From contig CAWJTV010000028.1 of assembly GCA_963845755.1 (NCBI GenBank), forward strand, positions 32,001 to 96,000: a DNA stretch of 64,000 nt. Reading direction: 5' to 3'. Below are positions 52,601-64,000 of this stretch, in pieces. The notes under the pieces were generated by a model that was not told the origin of the DNA, did not search any database, and worked only from the letters and a program-made list of their open reading frames with translations. The position numbers were made by a program, and so were the translations under genes. The DNA comes from an uncultured Planctomycetota bacterium (GTDB lineage: Bacteria > Planctomycetota > Planctomycetia > Isosphaerales > Isosphaeraceae). The stretch's first letter is position 1. The number at the start of each line of letters is the position of its first letter.

Positions 52601-54909
52601 TGGCCCGGTCGATAGGCGGGCCGGTCGGTGTAGATGTAGGCGCGGGGACTCAGCCCCTGGGCGACCTGGTTCGGCACGGTCAGGTGCGAGCCGGCGACGT
52701 GCGGCCCGTCGAGGACCAGATAGGTCAACTTTCGGTTCAGCTCGCGGGGCGAATCCCAGTTGCGGAGCAGGATGCCGTCCTGGCCGGTCGTCGCCTCGAG
52801 CACGACCTGACCGTTGTCGGCGACCAGCACCCGTGCACCGGCGCGGCCCTTTCCGGTCTTCATGTCCTGGGCGAAGACGAGGACCTGGTCGCGCGACGTC
52901 TTGACGATCGCGTCCAGATCGCTGCCGATCACCAGTGTCGTGGCCTGGAACGACTTCTCGTCGGTCACCTTGACGACGTAGACACCCGGCAGCTCCAGCT
53001 TCTTCAGGTCGTAGGTCTTCTCGATCGGCTTGTACCTGGCATATCCGGGGACCGGGACCGACCACGAGGCGTCCGGCGCGACGAGACCGATGTCGAGCGT
53101 CTCGACGTTCGCCAGCTCGTTCTTCTTTCGGAAGTAAGCCTCGGCGCTGAGTTTGTACGCGGTGAAGCTGAGCGTCTCGATGTTCCGCGACGTGATCTTG
53201 AGGTGGGCCTCTTCGCCCGATCGGAAGGTGCGCGGTGTGATGACAACCAGGTACTTCGATTCCATCACGTCGATCCGCCGGAGCGCCTGTGATCGCCAGG
53301 GCTCGACGGTGATCTTCTTGAAGCGCTCGATGGCCTCGGCCGGATCGCCCTTCTCCGTCTCGAAGATCGCAGCCGTCTGGTACTGGGCGTGGGCCGCCGG
53401 CTCGCTATCCGGGAACTTGCTGGTCAAGGTCTCCCAGGCGGCGATCGCCCGGTCCCATTGCTTTTCCTTCTCGAAACTATGGCCGATCAGGTAGAGGATC
53501 GCGGGAACGCGCGAGTCGAGTGGGTTTTGAGCGACGAATTCCGACCAGGCCGCGCGGGCCTCGGCGAAGTGACTGCGACCCTGGTGATCCTGGGCGATCA
53601 TGAGCTGCGCGGTGAGGATGGCCCGCTGGGCATCGGCGCTCTGCGGCCCGTTGGGGAACCGGGCGAGATAGCCCTTCCACGCCGCGATCGCCTCGGCGAA
53701 CTTCTGCTGTCCCTGGAGGATCGCTCCGACCCGGTAGGATGCCGCCATCGACAGCGAGGCCCAATCGCGCCGCGCCTCGTCGGTCTCGATCTTGAACCCC
53801 TCCTCCTTGAGGAATCGCGTGAACGCATCGAGCGCCTGGTTATCCTTGCCGCGGACCTGATAGGCGGAGCCAATCTCGAAAGCAGCCTGAACCGCGCGAG
53901 GATGCGCGGGCACGGCAGCCAGGAATCGTTCGAGGGTTGCCACCCCCAGGTTCAGGCTCGTATCGTCGGGCGGATTGGGTATGCCGTAAGTGGAGGGGAT
54001 CTCGGAAAGAGCCTGCGCGCGGATCGCGTCGATGGCCGGCGTCCGATCGGCCGGCTTCAGACGCTCGATATCCCGCGACAGGTCGGTCCAGGTCAGTCGT
54101 GCGGGGAGGGGCTGATTGACTTTCTGCTGTGCCTCGCCCAGCCGCAACCGGACCGTGAGCCGGTCGGCTCCTGCGGGGTAGTCTGCCAGATAGGCCTGGA
54201 AGTTCTCGATCGCTCGACCGAAGTTCCCGGCTGCGAGACTGGCTCGACCCATCGCGAAAAGGAACGTGGCGCGCAGGGCCGGGCTCTTGGCGAGGTCGCG
54301 TGCCTGGTCGAGCAGCTCGTACGCCGCGTTGGGATCGGCCCTGACCAAAGGATCGTCCGGTTCCAGTAAGCGGCGTGCAAACGCATGGTAGACCTCGGCC
54401 AGCCGGTCCTTGCGGTCGCCGGCCAGCAGTCGTTCGGCCTCGGAGCGGGTCAACTGCTCGGCGGCGGCCAGGTTCCCCGAGGCCAGCTCGATCCCCGCCA
54501 GCTCGAAGCGGATCTTGGCTTCCCATCGGGTCACGGGCGCGGCCTGGAGCGCCGACCGGAGCGTTTCTCGGGCGGCGTCGCGATTCCCGGCGAGTCGTTC
54601 CGCAATCCCTCGGAGGTAGCCGAAATACGCCCGATCGTTCGCGTCCTTCGCGTTCTCGCCCAATCCGATCAAGGCCCGACGCGCGTCCTCATAACGGCCT
54701 TCCTGCATCGCGGCCACGAGTTCCGCAGGGATCGTGGGTGCTGCCGGGTCGATTGCGCTCCTGGCCGTTACGACGGCCGGCAATGCAACCCCGGGATCGA
54801 CCTCGAACGCTCCCGACCGCAAACCCGCCAAACCCACGAGCATGATCCAGGCGGCCCCGACGGGGATTCTCGGCCCGATTAGTCGTCTCACGGTTGCTGC
54901 CTCCATCAA
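46626..54909 (-). CDS. Giant TPR plus alpha-2-macroglobulin (MG2)-like protein, split by several frameshifts
   Basis: N-terminal TPR/BamD-like repeats, YIYTDRPAYRPGQ (MG2), AYWNP.VVT..DGKA, VPTALTQGD, AQNPDGGWPW, EHLPAG; consecutive same-strand ORFs. Confidence 0.88.
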
Positions 54910-55776
54910 AAGTTGAGCACGACGGGTGGATGGCCTGGGTCCTTCGGGAAGCAGTCTCAGCTTCGGTCGAGGACCTTGTTCAAGCTGAAAATCCTTGAAG
55001 TGTCAGGAATTACAGTTCCGAAGGGCACGACCCGGTCGCCTGCCAAGGAACTCCATGGGAGGAAGGGGCGGCGGGCCCACCGATCTCACAATCACACAAC
55101 CCGCCAGCGATTCTACCTCTCCCTCCGCGGTTTTGAGCCCCTCAAGTCAGAATTGGTTCCCGAGACCGATGAAATCCTTCGGAGTTGCTCCGCGCCAGAT
55201 TCCGGCTTTCCTTCAGACTTGACGTACGAAGACCTTTTTTCTTTGTCCCAAACGGGAAAGTTCGCCCGTATCCGCGTGGAGATGCGGATCGATTACGTTG
55301 TCCTCCTCCGCCGTTCCAAAGCGTTCGATGATTGCATCGAGTGAGAAACCAGCCCAGCGGAACGGCCCGCGACTGGAACTCTCATCGTATTCCCTGGTCT
55401 CATTTCCCGTTAGAAAGACGAACTCGGCCTGAAGATGCCGCAGCATCACGCTCCGGCGTGCCTTCGCATTGCGACCGAGTCATCACGAGTGTGTGAAATC
55501 GAGGTTGGCCGAGCGAATTGCTAGAAATGGGCATCGCAAGGATCAACGCCATTCTGTATCCATGCACGCATTTTATTGCATGAATTGAGGTTCAGTACTT
55601 GGTGGTGGTGGGATTTTTAGGAATAATGTGTCGCCGTGCGTCGCCTTATTTCGAGATGACACAACAGTGGAGTTCCTGTATCTAAGACATCAGGGGTTTG
55701 CAGAAACTCTATTCGAACAGGATTGCGGAGTGATTCGTGACGAGGTGGACCATTCACGGAAGAGTCGGAGACTGAA

Positions 55777-57708
55777 GTGCCATTCCAGGGTCGAGACGAT
55801 GGAAAACGAGCCCGCAAGGGACCCGATCCGGGTTCGCGTACCCGTCATGGCTTGAGTGCGACTCGGTCCGCGCCCTGGTTGTCCGCCATCGAAACTCTGG
55901 AACCGCGCGTCCTCCTCTCCGCCGCCAGCTCACTTTCGAAGATACTCCTGGTCTCGGAACACGAGTTCCCACGCTCCCCGATTGTGATCGTTCCCTTGGT
56001 CTCCCATACGACGCGGGCGGTCAGTCCGGTTAAGGTCATCGAAGGACCCGTGAATCTCGCGTCAACGATGATGGAGACCGGTTTCCCGGCCGACGACGTG
56101 CCCGGCCTGCGGATCTCGGGAACCGTTGCGCTCGACTCGCCTCCGGCGATCGGAGGTACGAGCAAATCCTCGTCGGGAGTCGGAGGGATGCCCGGTCCGA
56201 ACATGACCGTGGCGGGGTACTCCACGTCTCCGCTCGATGAGGAGTCCTTCGCCCCGGTTGTGATCGTCGATCCCGCTTTGGAGACGGATGCGGGTTACGG
56301 GACCATCTCGGATCCCCTCAGTTGGCCTCCCCCGCCGCCGGGAGTGCCCGTATCGAGTTCGGGAGTCGTGGCCACGACTCCGGTTTTCGGTGCATCGGGT
56401 GGTGACGAGGTTAGCCTGGCAGGAATACCCGAAGATCGCCACGTACAAGTTGTCTCGACTCTGGACAGCACTGAAACCTCCATGTCGGTCTTGATCCCCG
56501 TCGGCCCTGCCACCGAGGCGGTCGGAGTAAGCCTGCACTCCATGACCGTTGACGACCCGGGGGCGATGCCGGTCGTCGAAGAGATGGTGCTGGAAGACGA
56601 GGAGGGCGACCCGATCGCCCAGTTGGGTCCGTTCAATGTCAATGGACCGGCGACGTATCCGGTCCGGTCGTTGACCGTTGCACTCGAGGACGCGCCGACG
56701 GGCGGGAACCTGCTCGTGCAGGTATCGCTTCCCTTGAAGAGCAGCTCAGGGGCGGGGACCGTGACGACGTCACCCCAGACCCTGGGCTCGGCACTGCCCT
56801 TCATGATGGATATCCAGCGTCAGGACGTGACCGCTGCCGTGAGTTCCACCGGGGGGATCGCGATACTCGGTGCGCTCCCCGGACAACTGGGGTCGGGGAT
56901 CGGGACCCTGAATAGCAGCTCCCTGACCGGGCAGGGAGGGAACGCTCTCGACCCGGCCGATTCGTCGAACTCCGAAGGAGAGAACCAGGCGCAAACGATC
57001 GTCGTGAATCCGGGGAATGTTCTCCCGCCGACCAAGGATCCCGCGGATTCCGGAGAGACGTTCAAGGCGAGCGCCGACCTCGGGGTGGGAACTGGACCAC
57101 TGGTATCGCGAAGCTCGTCCCCGCTCGGACCCATCCTGGCCACTCTGCTCGCCGATCCGGCCCCGCCGGTGGATCGCCATGAGCGGGCACTCTTCCAGTT
57201 CATCGAGGAGTCGGACTCGGACGATGCCGGCGCTGCCGTACTGCGGACCCCGGATGACGCGGAGGTCCAGGAATCGGCGTCAGCGTTGGCCTCAGAACGG
57301 GCATCCGGCGGTACCTCGGATGGTACGCGTGTGGCATTGGCCGGACTCGGAGCATTCCCACTCAAAGTGACGGGCGCCGACGTCGGAAACCAGGACGCCG
57401 ATCTCGCTTCGCTGCTGGTCACTCTCCCGGGATCGCTGCAAGGCATCGGGAGCCTGGCGGTCGTCGCCGCGAAAGATCACGAGATGGCCGACATCTCGGC
57501 CGTGGTGACTTCGGCCCGCGACTCCGAACGCACCGACCGGATCGTTCCCAATTTTCTCATCACCGTATGCGGACTTGCACTGGGAGTGGGACTTACCGCG
57601 AGGCCCCTCCTCCCCGACCTTCTGGGCTTGCTCCCATCGCGATTCTTGTCTCGCTCCCGACGATCCGTTCCAGGCGTGCGCTCCGGCCAAGTAGACAGCG
57701 GCCGGTAG
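55777..57708 (+). CDS. Exported low-complexity protein with a C-terminal membrane anchor
   Basis: IETLEPRVLLS export motif; Ser/Gly/Pro/Asp-rich body; C-terminal hydrophobic helix and Arg-rich tail; start uncertain. Confidence 0.75.
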   Translation: MPFQGRDDGKRARKGPDPGSRTRHGLSATRSAPWLSAIETLEPRVLLSAASSLSKILLVSEHEFPRSPIVIVPLVSHTTRAVSPVKVIEGPVNLASTMMETGFPADDVPGLRISGTVALDSPPAIGGTSKSSSGVGGMPGPNMTVAGYSTSPLDEESFAPVVIVDPALETDAGYGTISDPLSWPPPPPGVPVSSSGVVATTPVFGASGGDEVSLAGIPEDRHVQVVSTLDSTETSMSVLIPVGPATEAVGVSLHSMTVDDPGAMPVVEEMVLEDEEGDPIAQLGPFNVNGPATYPVRSLTVALEDAPTGGNLLVQVSLPLKSSSGAGTVTTSPQTLGSALPFMMDIQRQDVTAAVSSTGGIAILGALPGQLGSGIGTLNSSSLTGQGGNALDPADSSNSEGENQAQTIVVNPGNVLPPTKDPADSGETFKASADLGVGTGPLVSRSSSPLGPILATLLADPAPPVDRHERALFQFIEESDSDDAGAAVLRTPDDAEVQESASALASERASGGTSDGTRVALAGLGAFPLKVTGADVGNQDADLASLLVTLPGSLQGIGSLAVVAAKDHEMADISAVVTSARDSERTDRIVPNFLITVCGLALGVGLTARPLLPDLLGLLPSRFLSRSRRSVPGVRSGQVDSGR

Positions 57709-60356
<2,648 letters not shown>

Positions 60357-60371
60357 GGTTGGTCCTTCAAA

Positions 60372-61848
60372 CTATTTCCCCACGGTCATGGTGCCGTGGT
60401 CGGTGTCGAGCACGACTGGCCCGTCTTGGCCCTCGACGGCCTCGGCGAATGCCTGTGGGGTCGGCACAGGGCGCTTCGCGACTTTCTGGATCAACTGGCC
60501 TTTCCTCAGACCGGCGGAAGACGCCGGCGATCCGTCCTCGACCTCGGTTACGACGACGCCCGCCAAGGGCTCCTCCAGGAATCCCGGAGCGATCGCCTGG
60601 TAGTTTCGCCCGGTGGAGTAGTCCACGCGCAGCCCGCGCCAGGGGCGGGGCCGGTTGGTGGCGATGATCTCACCGTTGACAGGAAATTTGGCCAGTACGA
60701 TGGCCTTCTCGATCACCGCATCGGCACGGCGAATCTTCAACCGCACGGGCTCGCCGGGGGGAAAAACATTGATCGCCAGGATCAAGGAATCAAAATCCGT
60801 CACCGGCACGTCGTTGACGGCGATGATCTCATCGTTGACCTGGAGGTCTCCCAGCGAGGCTGGTGTGTTCCGCTGCACTTTATCGACGCGGTTGGTGTGA
60901 TTGGGATCGGCCTGGATTCCGAGGAGTCCATACTGGACCTCACGACCTTCCTTGAGGGTCTCGACGGCGCGGCGGCCCGATCCTGTCCATGGGGATGGCA
61001 TAACCCGCCTGGGAGTCGAATCCCGCGGGACTCGAGGCCGTCGTGGTCACACCGACGAGCTCTCCGCTGAGATTGATCACCGCGCCTCCGCTCATGCCGA
61101 GATTCAGCTTGGAGTCGAGCTGAAGGAGGGTCGGATAGTTCTGAAGTCGAGGGTTCTTGCGAGTCATGCTATCCGCGGGATCGTCGAGGTCGACATCGAG
61201 ACGTCGGGCCCGGTTGGACAGGATGCCCCAGCTCGCCGAGGGGCTCCCATCCCGCGCCGCGTTGAACGGGTTGCCCAATGCGATCAGAAACGAACCCTTG
61301 CGGAGCCGCGAGGCATCGCCGATCGCCAGCGGCTTCAAGCGTGGAGGCTCCACTCCGGGGAGCGCACGGGGAGCGATCACCGCCAGGTCACTACGGGGGT
61401 CCGCGGCGATGACCTCTGCATAGAACCACCGGTGTCCCGTTGCGCGGACTTTCAAGCTGGCCGCACCGCGTACGACATGAAACGCGGTCAGGATCTGGCC
61501 CTTGGTGCCAATGACGACTCCCGCGCCGTAATCGAACGAGATAAAGTCATCGGGGTCCGACGGCCGGCGCAGCCGAACATCCAGCTCGGTCGGTTCCCGC
61601 AACAAATGGGCCGGCTTTCGACCACGGACCGCCTGGGTCTCCCCGGGGTTCCCGGCCTTTTCCCGGTGAATCGCGACCACGGACGGCTCGGCCTTGGCGA
61701 TCGCTTCGGCCATGACGGTCTCCAGCGAGGTAACGACGTCGGCCGGTTTGGGTCCTGGTGTCGAGCCGGACGCGGGCGATTGTGGACCGTCCAGATTCCA
61801 GGCGAGGCAACACACGATGACGAGCGAGGTCATGATCGGGTCCTTCAT
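60372..61848 (-). CDS. HtrA/DegP-like trypsin serine protease with two PDZ domains (frameshift near 60975)
   Basis: LTAFH, DPRSDLA, IALGNPF, NLGMSGG, GYAIP; PDZ motifs YGLLGI, SPASSAGL. Confidence 0.9.
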
Positions 61849-62422
61849 TCTGGAGCCGGCGCCAGCGGGAAATACCTCCCGGATGGGCCGCCTGCCCCGC
61901 GCAGTCGCACGTCTCCATCATTTCCGGTTCCCGTCGCAGGAGCAACCCGAGATCCAGACGGCATTCCCCAAACTACATGGCCAGAGGGGTCCGAGCCGGA
62001 CGAAGTTCACTCCCGGAATCCTCGAAGAAACCCCTACCAGGAAGGACGGAGAGGGCCCGCGTATCGGGAGTTGACACCGCGCCACTTCCGTCGGATAGTA
62101 AAGGCTAAGCTTATCTCACGTTATCCCAGCGCCCTGGATCATACTGGTTGGGCGGGAGCGCGTCCGGACGACCCGCAAGGACCCTCGGGCCGCCCAGGTC
62201 GATGCTCGGCGGACTCGCCAGGAAACCTCAGGAATCCGCGTGAGCTGGGAAATCGCTCGGGATAGTCCCGGGATGTCGAAGGTGTCGCAACGGCTCGCAC
62301 CCTCGGGGCGACCCGGGCGAGCATGATTGAAGTCACTGATCGTGGTCGCAGCCGTATTCCTAAGGGTTTCGGTGTCGCTCCGGGCCTGGGTGATCTGGTT
62401 CCTGTCGGTGGAGACTTCTTCG

Positions 62423-63328
62423 ATGTGGCAGCTCTTGCATTCCCGACGAGCCGGGATCTCCGGACGGCGGTGGATAGTATTCACGATTCTCAGCGGCCTG
62501 CTGGCGGGGATGGCTGCCAGCGAAATCGGACGGGTCCATGCCCAGGAGCCGGGCAAGGCTCCGGCCCCCGAGGCGAAGGAGCGCCCGCACCCAAGGACGA
62601 GAACCCCGCGCCGGGAGGTGCTGACGCGGCACCGACGGCCAATCCCGCCGCACCCGCCGCGGCCGGTGATGCGGGTTCCAAGCCGCCGGACAACCTGCTC
62701 ACCCTGGCAGTGCGCTCCTCCGGACCGATCGGGGCGTTCCTCTTGCTGCTGTCCATCTATTTCACCGCACTGGTGATTCGCCTATTCATGGAATTGCGAG
62801 TCAGCGAGGCCGTGCCGGCGCCCCTGGTTCGACCGGCTCGAAGGCGCGATTCGTGACAAGAAGTTCCAGGATGCCTACGACGCCTGCAAGGACAACGATT
62901 CCTATCTGGCACGATTGGTCCGGACCGGGATCGCCAACCTTCCCAATGGACGGAGCGAGGCCAAAGAGGCCATGCTCGAGGCATCCGACGAGATCGTCAC
63001 CAGCATGGACATGCGGATCAGCTACCTGGCCATCATCGGTACACTCGGGCCGATGATCGGGCTGGTCGGCACGATCTGGGGGATGATCATGAGCTTCAAG
63101 GAGATCGCCATGGCCGCCGGCGCCCAACCTCGGCCGGATCAGGTCGCCCAGGGCATCTCGACGGCGCTGTTCATCACGCTGGAGGGCGTCTCGCTCTCGG
63201 TCCCGGCGATCTTCTTCTTCGCCTTCTTCCGGAATCGGATCGCCCAGATGACCATGGAGGCGACCCGCGTTGCCGATCGGACCATCAACTCTCTCGTCGC
63301 CGCGGCCAAGGCCGCCAAGACGGCCTGA
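62423..63328 (+). CDS. exbB: MotA/TolQ/ExbB proton channel protein (frameshifts near 62580 and 62830)
   Basis: PMIGLVGTIWGMI.SF, GISTAL..T..G; signal-like N-terminus. Confidence 0.88.
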
Positions 63329-63351
63329 CCCCATCGTCCGGAGGTGTTGCC

Positions 63352-63819
63352 ATGGCCGGATCGACGAGCATCGAGCTCAAGGCCGAGCCCAATCTGACGC
63401 CACTGCTCGATGTGGTCTTCCAGTTGATCACGTTCTTCATGCTGGTCATGAACTTCAGCAACGACAACTACGACCAACGGATTCGCCTTCCCGTGGCCGG
63501 CTCGGCCCGGCCGATCGAGGATGAATCGCACGTCGAGGATCGCCTGGTCCTCAACGTGGACCAGGATGGCCACCTACTCATGGGCGGCGAGGTCCAGCCC
63601 CTCCACAAAGCCATTCAGACGATCAAGCATCAGGCCGACCTGGTCAAGCTCAATCTCAAGGCGGGCGGCATCAAACTGGACGCCTCGGGAAGCCTGCCGA
63701 CGACGATCGTGCTCCGCGCCGACAAGGAGACGTCGTTTTCCTCCGTGCTTGGCCTGATCAAGGCTTGTCAGGCGAACGGGTTCCGTAAGTTTGCGCTCAA
63801 GGCGATGAATGCGGGTTAG
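63352..63819 (+). CDS. exbD: ExbD/TolR biopolymer transport protein
   Basis: NLTPLLDVVFQLITFFML, VLRADK. Confidence 0.93.
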   Translation: MAGSTSIELKAEPNLTPLLDVVFQLITFFMLVMNFSNDNYDQRIRLPVAGSARPIEDESHVEDRLVLNVDQDGHLLMGGEVQPLHKAIQTIKHQADLVKLNLKAGGIKLDASGSLPTTIVLRADKETSFSSVLGLIKACQANGFRKFALKAMNAG

Positions 63820-63864
63820 TTCGCTCGATCCCCCGATCGATTACCCTTTGCGGGAGTACGAGCC

Positions 63865-64000
63865 TTGCGTCACAAGAAGAAGAAGCGACAAGCCGAAGAA
63901 CCCACGATTCCGGTCGCACCGATGCTGGACATGGCCTTCCAGCTCCTGACGTTTTTCGTCCTCACGTACCGGCCGATGCCGTCCGAAGGCCAGTTTGTGA
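63865..64000 (+). CDS. exbD: Second ExbD/TolR protein (partial, runs off the window)
   Basis: [17 protein letters not shown]. Confidence 0.85.
   Translation, partial: MRHKKKKRQAEEPTIPVAPMLDMAFQLLTFFVLTYRPMPSEGQFV

Noticed and set aside
54913..55449. Short ORFs upstream of the A2M-like gene
   Set aside because: No motifs and weak codon bias; probably spurious or remnant

Overview
High-GC bacterial DNA whose gene repertoire (LEPR/LEDR-type planctomycete export motifs, ECF sigma plus Ser/Thr kinase-TPR modules, giant TPR/MG2 protein) points to Planctomycetota, probably Isosphaeraceae-like (inference). Housekeeping and transport genes: mgtE, serS, efp, pdxH, alaS, M20/M28 peptidases, a NikMN-Q-O ECF transporter with a NikR-like operator, an HtrA-like protease and ExbB/ExbD. 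There are also surface proteins, signalling genes and an alpha-2-macroglobulin-like gene. Many genes, including essential alaS, have 1-2 nt frameshifts, most likely uncorrected sequencing errors. The best candidate for a novel system is a coupled three-gene operon at 42028-46281 (-): an alpha/beta-hydrolase, a caspase-like (C14) protease, and a multidomain protein with a near-complete ribosomal protein uS17 domain fused at its C-terminus. It may be a protease-activated conflict/defence system using S17 as a sensor or decoy. Non-coding features: two copies of a ~62 bp MITE-like palindrome, many intergenic heptamer repeat tracts, a candidate structured RNA leader and a short periodic repeat array. 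No rRNA, tRNA or CRISPR array was recognised.
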